From assembly GCA_964569565.1 (NCBI GenBank), contig CAZMWO010000006.1, positions 1 to 24,657 of the forward strand: 24,657 nt of DNA, written 5' to 3'. The DNA is from an uncultured bacterium (GTDB taxonomy: Bacteria; Muiribacteriota; Ozemobacteria; Ozemobacterales; Ozemobacteraceae). Below are positions 16,512 through 24,657 of this stretch, one piece after another. The notes beneath the pieces were generated by a model that made no database searches, was not told where the DNA came from, and worked only from the letters and a program-made list of their open reading frames with translations. How positions within the stretch are numbered: position 1 is the stretch's first letter; every line of letters starts with the position of its first letter. The position numbers and the translations under genes were made by a program.

Positions 16512-17954
16512 TTAGTAGCGGTAATGATCGGGTTTATAGGGGCCTTCTAACGGCACGCCAATGTAATCGGCCTGCTGAGGAGAAAGCTTGGTCAGTTTGA
16601 CACCGATCTTTTCGAGGTGCAGTCTGGCGACTTCTTCGTCGAGCTTTTTCGACAGTGTGTAAACACCGATCTGGCGCTTGCTGCTCCACAGGTCGAGCTG
16701 GGCCAGGGTCTGGTTGGTGAAAGAGTTGCTCATGACGAAGCTGGGGTGGCCGGTGGCGCAGCCGAGGTTGACCAGGCGGCCTTCAGCCAGAATGTAGATC
16801 ATTTTGCCGTCTTTGTAGGAATAGCGATCGACCTGCGGCTTGATGTTGGTCTTTTTGATTCCCGGCCAGGCTTCGATTTTTGCCATCTGAATTTCGTTGT
16901 CGAAATGGCCGATGTTGCAGACGATGGCCTGGTCCTTCATTTTGGAGCAGTGCTCGGCTGTGATAACGTCGAGATTGCCGGTGGTGGTGATATAAATGTC
17001 GCCGGTGCCAAGAGTGTCTTCAACGGTCTTTACTTCGAAGCCTTCCATGGCGGCCTGCAGTGCGCAGATCGGGTCGATTTCGGTAACTATGACGCGGGCG
17101 CCGAAATTACGCATGCTCTGGGCGCAACCCTTGCCGACATCGCCGTAACCGCATACAACCGCGACTTTGCCGGCGACCATGACGTCGGTGGCACGTTTGA
17201 TGCCGTCAGCAAGACTTTCGCGGCAGCCATAAAGATTGTCGAATTTTGACTTTGTTACAGAATCGTTGACGTTGATGGCGGGGAAGAGCAGGCTCTTGTT
17301 TTCCATCATCTTGTAGAGGCGATGTACACCGGTAGTGGTTTCTTCGCTGACGCCCCTGATTTTCTTTGCCATTTCAGTCCATTTATTGGGCTCGGCTTTC
17401 AGAGTTTTCTTCAGGAAAGCAACGAGTTGTGCTTCGTCTTCGCCGTGTGTTTCGCGGTCGAGAGCTTTTGCGTTCTTTTCGGCCTCAACGCCGAGGTGAA
17501 CCATCAGGGTTGCGTCTCCACCGTCATCGACGATGAGGTCGGGACCTTTACCATCCGGCCAGGTAATGGCTTCATTGGTGCACCACCAATATTCCTTGAG
17601 GGTTTCGCCCTTCCAGGCGAATACCGGAATTCCGCGTTTGGCAATGGCTGCCGCTGCGTGATCCTGGGTCGAAAAAATATTGCAGCTGGCCCATCTGACA
17701 TCGGCGCCAAGCTCAGCGAGAGTTTCGATGAGAACCGCGGTCTGTATTGTCATGTGCAGAGAACCCATGATGCGGGCGCCGCGCAGAGGTTTCTTTTTGC
17801 CGTATTTTTCGCGAAGTGACATCAGGCCGGGCATTTCGTGTTCGGCGATTTCTATTTCCTTGCGGCCATGCTGCCACTGTTCGATATCTTTAACCTTATA
17901 GGGCAGGCGGTTGGTGTTGTTCATGGTTTCTTTCTCCATGGCGGTCTGATTCAT
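16512..17954 (-). CDS. ahcY: Adenosylhomocysteinase (S-adenosyl-L-homocysteine hydrolase)
   Basis: Motifs [67 protein letters not shown] and [23 protein letters not shown]. Start set to ATG 17954 (AAGGAG Shine-Dalgarno). Confidence 0.98.
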   Translation of the reverse strand: MNQTAMEKETMNNTNRLPYKVKDIEQWQHGRKEIEIAEHEMPGLMSLREKYGKKKPLRGARIMGSLHMTIQTAVLIETLAELGADVRWASCNIFSTQDHAAAAIAKRGIPVFAWKGETLKEYWWCTNEAITWPDGKGPDLIVDDGGDATLMVHLGVEAEKNAKALDRETHGEDEAQLVAFLKKTLKAEPNKWTEMAKKIRGVSEETTTGVHRLYKMMENKSLLFPAINVNDSVTKSKFDNLYGCRESLADGIKRATDVMVAGKVAVVCGYGDVGKGCAQSMRNFGARVIVTEIDPICALQAAMEGFEVKTVEDTLGTGDIYITTTGNLDVITAEHCSKMKDQAIVCNIGHFDNEIQMAKIEAWPGIKKTNIKPQVDRYSYKDGKMIYILAEGRLVNLGCATGHPSFVMSNSFTNQTLAQLDLWSSKRQIGVYTLSKKLDEEVARLHLEKIGVKLTKLSPQQADYIGVPLEGPYKPDHYRY

Positions 17955-18009
17955 TTGAAACTCCTTAAAGTGCGTTCTCATAAGTAGAACTTCTAATCAA
18001 CAGGGCTCA

Positions 18010-18038
18010 ATTATCGCACTGCCGGAAAGAAATGTCAA
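18010..18038 (-). promoter_or_regulatory. sigma70-type promoter of ahcY
   Basis: Minus strand reads TTGACA (18038-18033), 17 nt, GATAAT (18015-18010), with an extended -10 TG-C. Confidence 0.75.
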
Positions 18039-18126
18039 TTCTGCCGTCAACCTCGACCTGCAGCCGGTTCGGCCGGCCAAAAGCCTTTGTCAGAAGGCTT
18101 GTCGGTGCTGTCTGCCAGCTGAAAGG

Positions 18127-18155
18127 TTGCACCGTTTTGTTGGCGGGGTTACAAT
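18127..18155 (+). promoter_or_regulatory. sigma70-type promoter for the membrane-anchored TPR gene
   Basis: TTGCAC (18127-18132), 17 nt, TACAAT (18150-18155). The ORF-track start at 18127 is actually this -35 box. Confidence 0.65.
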
Positions 18156-18186
18156 AAAAGTACAGGTCTTACTTGGGAGAAACAAA

Positions 18187-19194
18187 ATGTCGGACAGCAA
18201 CGGTGGTTCTTTTTCCTTCGGATTGGTCAGATTGGCGATCTTTTTGGTATTGCTGATCATCTCGGCACCTTTCCTGGCGATTGGTTATTATAAGAACAGC
18301 AATATTAAGAGTTCGATGGATAACGGGCTCAAACTGATGCAGTCAAGCAAATATGTCGAGGCACAGGGAAAGTTTGAAGATGCCGCCGACAGCATGGGTG
18401 TGCTCTATGACTGTTATGTGACAGTTCTGCCTATCGTTGGCGGTACTTACTACGACAAGAAGTATATTTTCGGTCTGCGCGGTGTGGCCCGGGCGCTTGC
18501 CATAGGTGAAAAAATGGGCGGCGGCAATTTTAAAGTAGTCGAAGACATTGAAGAGGCTGAGCGCGATATTTCGACGCGTGGCAAGTTTCCGGCAGACGCT
18601 GCAATACTTCAGGAACTCGGGGAGGTTTCACTCCGGTCCTATCGGGTGCTGCTTCTGGTCCATGCCGACTGTGAAAAGGGCGACCATCAGAAGGCATTAA
18701 ACGAACTGAAAAGCATGATAGAAAACAACAAATACGTTGGCTATGATATTGTCGCCATGCCGGTATGTTATCTGCTGCACCAGATTGCGATCAATCTGAA
18801 AACCGCTGATTCAATAGATACTGCGAAAAATTTTATAAAAGCAATGAAGGGCATCCATGATCATCCGCTGTTTGCACAATTTGCGCTTGCGATAGATCCT
18901 CTTGTCGCGCCATCTTCGCAGCCTCGGGTTGCATCGACTGCTCCACAAAGCTTGAAGGAAAAATATCTGTCAGGTCTTTCCCACGCCAAGCGAAAAGATT
19001 TCACAAAAGCCATGCCGATTCTTGAAGACTGTCATGCCAGTGAGCCGCGTAACAACACGATCGCATACACTCTGGCACTGGTCAAGCGCCAGATGGGGCA
19101 GAATGATGAGGCCCGCAAACTCTGTGAAGAAATACTGGCGCGCAATCCCGGTGACGAAAAGGCCGGCAAACTGCTGGCGGCTCTTAACAAATAA
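18187..19194 (+). CDS. Membrane-anchored protein with a C-terminal TPR
   Basis: ATG 18187 after GGGAGA; N-terminal TM (LAIFLVLLIISAPFLAIGYY); helical body; C-terminal TPR (IAYTLALVKRQMGQNDEARKLCEEILARNP). Confidence 0.82.
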   Translation: MSDSNGGSFSFGLVRLAIFLVLLIISAPFLAIGYYKNSNIKSSMDNGLKLMQSSKYVEAQGKFEDAADSMGVLYDCYVTVLPIVGGTYYDKKYIFGLRGVARALAIGEKMGGGNFKVVEDIEEAERDISTRGKFPADAAILQELGEVSLRSYRVLLLVHADCEKGDHQKALNELKSMIENNKYVGYDIVAMPVCYLLHQIAINLKTADSIDTAKNFIKAMKGIHDHPLFAQFALAIDPLVAPSSQPRVASTAPQSLKEKYLSGLSHAKRKDFTKAMPILEDCHASEPRNNTIAYTLALVKRQMGQNDEARKLCEEILARNPGDEKAGKLLAALNK

Positions 19195-19216
19195 GTCTGT
19201 TCAGAATTCAAAAAAT

Positions 19217-19242
19217 ACCGGGATAATCTCCCGGTTTTTTTT
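19217..19242 (+). terminator. Intrinsic terminator
   Basis: ACCGGGA (19217-19223) pairs with TCCCGGT (19229-19235), followed by a T run to 19242 and preceded by an A run. Confidence 0.85.
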
Positions 19243-19348
19243 GCGACCACTTTTTCTGCTTCTGCTGCAGGTGTATAATAGGCAGAGTTTGTTTCGGGCT
19301 GCTGGTTGAAATCGCAGCGTAGTTATTCAAGTTCTTTCTGGAGAAAAT

Positions 19349-20482
19349 ATGCGCAAGTTGATTTTCGTCGTTTTTGCCGGGTTGCTTCTGCTTTTGCCTG
19401 ATGCTGTATGGGCAGGAGCTTACGAACAGCTGTTGAGTATTTCGGGCGGTTCGGCCAGCGTACCTGATGTGCCTGACCCGACACCAGTCGAACCTTACAA
19501 TAATTCGAATTCAAACTCGAACTATCAGCAGCCGTCTTATAATTACGTCGATCCCGCCGAACAACAACGTCGTGAGGAACGGCGCCGGCAGCGTCAGAAA
19601 GCGCGCGAACGCCGTGCGCGCGAAGCCCGTGACCGGCGTGAGGATCGCGAGTGGGAAAAAGAAAAAAAAGAACGCAACGAATACGAAGCCAAACGCCAGA
19701 TAGTTCTCAAACAGCTGCCGCCAAAATGGCAGCTCAAGTCGAGTTCCAAAAAGAATCCGGCAACTGGCAAAGTGCCGCCTCTCAGCGGCTTGAGCTCGAT
19801 TACCAGTATGCAGAAACAGATCGACGCTATGCAGAGCAAGGGTGGTCTAGATGCCAGGCAACAGGCCGAACTGGCAGAGCTCGACCGCAGAATATTCGAT
19901 CTCTGGGCGCAGATGGTAGGTGCTGAAGACACCCCTGAGCGTGTCCGTAAGGTGCTCAGACTGCCACTGGGATTTGCTGAGGCGAAGGATACCCCCAGGC
20001 TGAGCCAGGAGAAGTTGCGTGATCTGCTGCAGGCTCCTGTAACCGGTGATACTGCTGAATTCACCAGAGATCTCGTTCCGGTTCGTAATGGTATGGTAAA
20101 TTTTGCCGGCGACTACCTGCAGAACATAATTGCAAACGCCCCGGCCGAAGTGTTCGAAGCTGCCACTGATGCCGAAATGGGCGCGTTGATGAAAGACGGG
20201 GTAGCCCTGGCAAAGGTAACCATGGCATTTCGTGATATGTCAAAGGGCATCGCTGCCCTGGCCGATTTTGCCGTCGGCCGCATCGCTATTCCGCAGGCTG
20301 CGATTGCCGAAGCCGGGCGCAAGATCTATACCAATATCGCTTTTGAATCGCTCAACAACTTTATGGATAAAGCAAGTTCAGCAGTCGGTATGAATCATGA
20401 CCGCGCCGCTTTCTGGCAGAATCTGAAGGAAGATGCGACCACCGGCCAGCGTTCTTTTATTGAATGGATGGGAGCCAGATGA
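19349..20482 (+). CDS. Exported hypothetical protein with low-complexity Pro, Asn/Gln/Tyr and Arg/Glu-rich segments
   Basis: GGAG Shine-Dalgarno; signal peptide MRKLIFVVFAGLLLLLPDAVWA; charged tract EQQRREERRRQRQKARERRAREARDRREDREWEKEKKERNEYE. Confidence 0.8.
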   Translation: MRKLIFVVFAGLLLLLPDAVWAGAYEQLLSISGGSASVPDVPDPTPVEPYNNSNSNSNYQQPSYNYVDPAEQQRREERRRQRQKARERRAREARDRREDREWEKEKKERNEYEAKRQIVLKQLPPKWQLKSSSKKNPATGKVPPLSGLSSITSMQKQIDAMQSKGGLDARQQAELAELDRRIFDLWAQMVGAEDTPERVRKVLRLPLGFAEAKDTPRLSQEKLRDLLQAPVTGDTAEFTRDLVPVRNGMVNFAGDYLQNIIANAPAEVFEAATDAEMGALMKDGVALAKVTMAFRDMSKGIAALADFAVGRIAIPQAAIAEAGRKIYTNIAFESLNNFMDKASSAVGMNHDRAAFWQNLKEDATTGQRSFIEWMGAR

Positions 20483-21426
20483 TGAATAAACTTCTGTTTG
20501 CAGTATTGCTGATTTTGTCTTTCGTTCCGGTAATGGCGCAGAGCATGGATATGCTGCCCGAAACCACTTTGATGTTGCCGATCGCACAGGGCTTGAATAC
20601 GCGCTGGGTAATTCCGCCGGCCGGCTCTGCTTTTGCCGACCGTTATCGCGATATGCGCATGAGCTTTACTGTCGATACCGATGGCCATGTCTGGATGGGT
20701 TTTGCCGATGGCAGCGTGCTTTGTCCGCAAAAAGAATACAGTTTCAAACTTCCCGAGACCTTCTGGGACTTCGTCTGCCTCGACAATGGTATCATGCTGT
20801 TTGCGACAACTTCACGTCTGGCGCTTCTCAACGTAGTGTCCGGCCCGAGCGGTCAGCAGCCCACGGTCAGCCTGCAGCCGATTGCCATGCTGCCGCCTGA
20901 CTGCAATCGCATGTTCAAGGGTGCAGACAACTGCCTGTACTTCATCTGTGGCAGGGAAAATGCCGAGAACAGCGTGTGGTTATTCAAACCCCGTGCTTAC
21001 AAGGGTGCCCGTGGTATGCCTGAATTTCAGAAGGTTTTTGTCTCCGAGGTTCCTGTAAATGCTGTTGCCGGCGATGGTGTAAACACCTGGGTGGCAATTG
21101 GCAGGCTTGTAGTCAGAATTGACGAGCAGAAGGGTCTGCATCGTTATTATCAGCACCCGCATCAGGCTGTCGTCGATCTTGAATACTCACCTGCCGGTGG
21201 CCTGTTTTACAGCACGCCGTTTGCGGCCGGTTATCTCGGCAACAACGGGGCAATCGAAATGCTCAACGCACGTGCCCCTGAGGTTGCGTGCCAGGGCAAC
21301 AGTCTTTACATGATGTTTTCACGCGATTACGGCGTGCTTGCCGTAGATGGTATCACTCTGTTGCCCGCTTACGACCAGCCGCTGGCCGGTATCAAAAAAG
21401 TCCGCGCTTTAAAATACGATCAGTAA
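20479..21426 (+). CDS. Exported hypothetical protein, probable beta-propeller
   Basis: ATG 20479 overlaps the upstream stop (ATGA), with GGGAG Shine-Dalgarno; signal peptide ending VMA; blade-like segments SFTVDTDGHVWMG, FKGADNCLYF, AVAGDGVNTWVA and LEYSPAGGLFYS. Confidence 0.78.
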   Translation: MMNKLLFAVLLILSFVPVMAQSMDMLPETTLMLPIAQGLNTRWVIPPAGSAFADRYRDMRMSFTVDTDGHVWMGFADGSVLCPQKEYSFKLPETFWDFVCLDNGIMLFATTSRLALLNVVSGPSGQQPTVSLQPIAMLPPDCNRMFKGADNCLYFICGRENAENSVWLFKPRAYKGARGMPEFQKVFVSEVPVNAVAGDGVNTWVAIGRLVVRIDEQKGLHRYYQHPHQAVVDLEYSPAGGLFYSTPFAAGYLGNNGAIEMLNARAPEVACQGNSLYMMFSRDYGVLAVDGITLLPAYDQPLAGIKKVRALKYDQ

Positions 21427-21435
21427 GATAGTTTT

Positions 21436-21463
21436 TTGCTGACAGCTCCGCCTCTGGTATACT
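21436..21463 (+). promoter_or_regulatory. Probable promoter for the HEAT-repeat gene, embedded in the upstream terminator
   Basis: TTGCTG (21436-21441), 16 nt, TATACT (21458-21463) with extended -10 TG-G. Confidence 0.45.
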
Positions 21464-21479
21464 GGGGGCGGAGTTTTTT
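21445..21479 (+). terminator. Intrinsic terminator after the propeller gene
   Basis: GCTCCGCC (21445-21452) pairs with GGCGGAGT (21467-21474), followed by a T run to 21479. Confidence 0.8.
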
Positions 21480-21504
21480 ATATCTATGAGCAGATGGTGC
21501 AAAG

Positions 21505-24426
21505 ATGGGTGAGCAGATACAGGCGAAACGTATGCCGGCCCGCCTCGATTTAAACGAGTGGATTCAGCTTTCGCTCGATTCTGCTGACGAAACCGACCGG
21601 CAGATCGCTCTCGAGGAACTGGTAACCACCGGTGTGCCTCCCTATCTGCAGGCAAAACTGCGCGAAATTTCGGCGCGTGACGCGTCACCGGGTTGCCGCC
21701 AACTGGCGGCCTGGATTGAAAATCTCGATCGTCTGAAGGCTGAATTGAAGCCGCAGATGAAGGGGCTCGATCTGACCCCTGCCGCGATCGGAAATCTGCT
21801 TGAGAACGATGAGCCCGGCCGTGCCTCGGTGATTATTCAGCTGTTGCGAAAGGCACCCTCAGAAGCGGCGTTGCAGCAATGGCGAGAACACCTGGCGACC
21901 GAAAAAAATCCCCGTCTTCTCGAAATTGGTCTGACCATTCTTGGCAAGTTTGGCGTGGCCGCGGATGCAGATTTTGCTACCATGTTGCTGCTGGAAACCG
22001 ATATTGAGGTAGTCTGCGCTGCGCTGTCTCTGTTGCACCAGCGCGACGAAAGTGCTTTTAAACGACAGGTGCGAACGGGCCTGACCTCGCGTTCGTTTCG
22101 GGTGCAACTGCACGCTGTTCATCTGTTGCGCCTGGTCGACAGTAACGAGGCCCTCAAATACATCAAGGCATTTCTTTTTCATAAAAACCAGCTGATCCGT
22201 CAGCGCGCACTGCGTGAGCTTATGCTCATCGACTTTGCCAGAGTCGAAAACCTTTTTCTGCAGTATCTTGGTACCGAAATTCAGCCTCTGCTGCTGGTAA
22301 AAGCGGGTTTTGTCGCAGCCTTCAACCCGTCGCGTGAGTTTCCGATGAAGATCTACGACATCATGCTGCTGGCCAAAGATCAAAAGAAACACATCATGCA
22401 GCTGATTCTCCGCCAGAGCGTCGAGGCGGTGCAGGCAGCCGGCCTGCTTGACCAGCCTCTGGAAGCTTACATGGCCGATCTTAAAAAACAGATCGACCGG
22501 CGTCGTGCCGAAATAATTATCAGATGCGCAGTAGCAGAACTTGCCAGCCCACGTCGCGAACTGCGTGCTGCCGCCATCGATCGTCTCAGCCCCTATGCTG
22601 CCTATCCTTCCATCATTCAGGCCCTCAAAAAGCATCTTGACGTCGAAAGTGATGCCGAACTTAAAAAGAACATCAGCCTGCTGCTTGAACCGGCACCATT
22701 GCCGGCTTCACCCCCGCAAACTCCATCACCGGCAAGAAGCGTCGAAGAACCGCTGGCGTTTCCCGGGCCATTGAGTTTCGTCAGTCTCCCGCTGATGGAC
22801 CAGCGCAGGCTGTTGAAAGGTATTAGCGACAATACCGGTTTTCTGGCAGCCCGCCGCACGTTATTCGACCTGCTCAATTCCGATATCAAAAAGAGTCTGA
22901 TTCTTGACATACTCAAGGTTATCTATGAGTTCGGCAGCCGTATCGACGTGCCGGCAATACTGCCGCTGCTCGGTAATTCTGAACCGCCGGTGATGGCGAT
23001 GGCGGTCAAGACTCTCGGTAAGCTCGATATTGACTCGATTCTGCCAACGCTCAACCGTTTCCTTGCCGATGATGACCCACGCATTAAGGCGTCTGCCCTC
23101 GAAGTATATTTGGTCGCCGACAAGGAAGGCGCAGTTCAGTATCTTTCGTCTATGTTGCGGTCGGCAACGGCAGATACCCGCCGGATCGGCCTTTCTCTGC
23201 TGCCACAGCTCGATTATCCTTCGGCTGAGCCCCTGTTGTTGCGCATGCTCAAGTATGAGGGCAACGAAGAACTTATCGTTCAGGCTTCTTATATGGTAGC
23301 AGCCAACCCTACCAGAGACGGTCTCGAGCTTCTATTCGCCAATACGCACGACAAGCTTGGTGAGTTGAAACCCGGCCATGAGGAAATCTGGCAGCTGGCC
23401 ATGATATCGGCCGAAAGCGTGTTTAACCTGCCGGCAGTAGAAATCGAGGCCGGCTGCTGGGAAGCCTATAAGGTGGAGCATGCCGAGCCTTCTTCTGAAA
23501 AGTCGGCCTATGCCTACGATTCTGTGGTTGGTGAAGGTGATGACGAATTGCCGCCACCGCCTCCATCTGACGGCGATGAACATACCCCGGTCGAGCAGTT
23601 GTTTTTGCACCTTTACGAGTTCAAATGGCATTACATTGTCGGGGTGATAGTGGTTATACCCCTTATGTTCAGCCTTTTTGGCGGCAGTGAACCTGAATAC
23701 AAAGGTCGCCGCGGCGGCATGAGTGAACAGGGCGCCAAAGTCAGCTTTTTACCGACCGAGCAGAAATCGACCAGTGCTACTCAGGTTGGTTCTGATGACT
23801 GGCAGGGGCATCTCAAAACAGGTGCACGCGAGGTTCTTGGTGGTAAGGCTTATGCCCAGGCTCTCAGCAATGCCCGCCAGGAGGTCGACAAGATCAGATA
23901 TGATAACGAAAAGGCATATCGACAGAGTCTGATTGACAAGGCCAATGACCCTGCCCAACCTGAAGAAGTCCGTCAGATGGCTGCTGCATATTCTCATCCG
24001 GGCTTTGCGCGGGCAATCGATGCTTACGATCTGAAAAATATGTCTGAAGCCGAAGTCTACTTTGAGCAATGCATAGAAGATTCGCAGCTCAACAGTGTCG
24101 GTAAGTGCCTGGCGCTGACAAAGCTGGGTGAAATAGCGCAGGCTAAGGGTGATCGCGCCTCATGGATTAAATGGCAGGATCGCCTGCTCAAAGAACTCAA
24201 GAACGTCCCGGAATACAAGGATCTTGCCGCCTTTCAGGATTTCGGCCGCTACTTTTCATCGGTCATGGATGTCAGCAACCAGTTGTCAGTCGATGATACC
24301 GGTGCCAACGAGATTGTCGAAGGTCTTAAGGCCCAGGGGGAGAGTGATGCCGAAGCCCGCGAAAATCTTGAGATACTTAAAGGCATGGACGGACAGTTTC
24401 AAAAGATGTTTTCTGGGCAGCCATAG
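21505..24426 (+). CDS. Large HEAT/ARM-repeat protein with one TM helix and a C-terminal TPR-like domain
   Basis: HEAT-like units (LLLETDIEVVCAALSLL, LLGNSEPPVMAMAVKTLGKL, FLADDDPRIKASALEVY); Pro-rich linkers; hydrophobic WHYIVGVIVVIPLMFSLF; C-terminal helical unit (AIDAYDLKNMSEAEVYFEQCI). Confidence 0.85.
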   Translation: MGEQIQAKRMPARLDLNEWIQLSLDSADETDRQIALEELVTTGVPPYLQAKLREISARDASPGCRQLAAWIENLDRLKAELKPQMKGLDLTPAAIGNLLENDEPGRASVIIQLLRKAPSEAALQQWREHLATEKNPRLLEIGLTILGKFGVAADADFATMLLLETDIEVVCAALSLLHQRDESAFKRQVRTGLTSRSFRVQLHAVHLLRLVDSNEALKYIKAFLFHKNQLIRQRALRELMLIDFARVENLFLQYLGTEIQPLLLVKAGFVAAFNPSREFPMKIYDIMLLAKDQKKHIMQLILRQSVEAVQAAGLLDQPLEAYMADLKKQIDRRRAEIIIRCAVAELASPRRELRAAAIDRLSPYAAYPSIIQALKKHLDVESDAELKKNISLLLEPAPLPASPPQTPSPARSVEEPLAFPGPLSFVSLPLMDQRRLLKGISDNTGFLAARRTLFDLLNSDIKKSLILDILKVIYEFGSRIDVPAILPLLGNSEPPVMAMAVKTLGKLDIDSILPTLNRFLADDDPRIKASALEVYLVADKEGAVQYLSSMLRSATADTRRIGLSLLPQLDYPSAEPLLLRMLKYEGNEELIVQASYMVAANPTRDGLELLFANTHDKLGELKPGHEEIWQLAMISAESVFNLPAVEIEAGCWEAYKVEHAEPSSEKSAYAYDSVVGEGDDELPPPPPSDGDEHTPVEQLFLHLYEFKWHYIVGVIVVIPLMFSLFGGSEPEYKGRRGGMSEQGAKVSFLPTEQKSTSATQVGSDDWQGHLKTGAREVLGGKAYAQALSNARQEVDKIRYDNEKAYRQSLIDKANDPAQPEEVRQMAAAYSHPGFARAIDAYDLKNMSEAEVYFEQCIEDSQLNSVGKCLALTKLGEIAQAKGDRASWIKWQDRLLKELKNVPEYKDLAAFQDFGRYFSSVMDVSNQLSVDDTGANEIVEGLKAQGESDAEARENLEILKGMDGQFQKMFSGQP

Positions 24427-24456
24427 ATAAGACCTGACGAGGGTGTACCCTGCGCG

Positions 24457-24485
24457 TTGTGCGTGTGTTAACTATGGAGTATAAT
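24457..24485 (+). promoter_or_regulatory. sigma70-type promoter for the right-edge gene
   Basis: TTGTGC (24457-24462), 17 nt, TATAAT (24480-24485). Confidence 0.6.
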
Positions 24486-24501
24486 TAAAAGGGGAATCAG
24501 C

Positions 24502-24657
24502 ATGATTTCGGAGGAATTGACAGTGCAACAACGCTATAAACGCAAGAGTGGGTCTGCATACCTGATGGCACTCGGCGTTCTATCTGTTCTGGTTCTGGTC
24601 GGCATAGCCATTTCACGTATGTCCGTTTCCGGGCGTTGGAGTACAGTCTTTTCGAGT
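24502..24657 (+). CDS. 5' part of a CDS truncated by the window edge, with a PilX-like (class III signal peptide) N-terminus
   Basis: Absent from the ORF track; translated by hand as MISEELTVQQRYKRKSG-SAYLMALGVLSVLVLVGIAISRMSVSGRWSTVFSS. The frame is open to the window end; GTG 24523 after GGAGG is an alternative start. Confidence 0.7.
   Translation, partial: MISEELTVQQRYKRKSGSAYLMALGVLSVLVLVGIAISRMSVSGRWSTVFSS

Noticed and set aside
16617-17819. 210-aa and 165-aa plus-strand ORFs opposite ahcY
   Set aside because: Antisense shadows of a highly conserved gene; no Shine-Dalgarno, promoter or protein features.
17955-18009. SAH or SAM riboswitch upstream of ahcY
   Set aside because: The predicted promoter leaves only about a 50-nt leader with one small hairpin (GTTCT/AGAAC, 17974-17990). 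I do not see the conserved SAH-riboswitch elements. An Infernal/Rfam scan would be the definitive test.
19298-19318. Hairpin (GCTGC/GCAGC) in the leader of the exported-protein operon as a cis-regulatory RNA
   Set aside because: Single short stem that does not cover the SD and matches no RNA family I recognise.
1-24657. CRISPR arrays, tRNA/rRNA genes, IS elements, prophage or long DNA repeats
   Set aside because: No regularly spaced direct repeats, cloverleaf or rRNA signatures, transposase, integrase or phage structural genes were seen by eye, and intergenic gaps are too short.

Overview
Gene-dense, ordinary-looking bacterial chromosomal window with about 19 complete CDSs and possible partial CDSs at both edges. 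I see no rRNA, tRNA, CRISPR array, transposase, integrase or phage hallmark. Recognisable genes are a chemoreceptor (MCP), a dGTPase-like HD protein, pyrimidine-nucleoside phosphorylase (pdp), a PAS-PAS histidine kinase followed by a receiver-PP2C phosphatase, a MobA/MocA-like nucleotidyltransferase, an AAA+ ATPase, adenosylhomocysteinase (ahcY), TPR and HEAT-repeat proteins, and the start of a PilX-like pilin at the right edge. Many sigma70-type promoters with 17-bp spacing and four hairpin terminators can be read directly, and they help refine several start codons. The most interesting observations are: (1) a single 1010-aa ORF fusing a DUF5693-type membrane protein to a CsaB-type pyruvyl transferase, preceded by a small exported protein; (2) a FixL-type heme-PAS kinase with the heme His and distal Arg conserved, whose partner is a PP2C phosphatase rather than a transcription factor; (3) an 89-aa protein with a WhiB/FCL-like 4-Cys pattern heading a pdp-dGTPase-MCP operon; (4) a membrane protein with an FHA domain lacking the phosphothreonine-binding residues, next to an uncharacterised AAA+ ATPase; (5) a self-contained two-gene operon of orphan exported proteins. 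The gene style (orphan TPR/HEAT proteins, PilX-like N-terminus, Firmicutes-like csaB/pdp) would fit a poorly characterised lineage such as Candidatus Riflebacteria, but that is only a guess. All family assignments come from motif recognition by eye; no database search was run.
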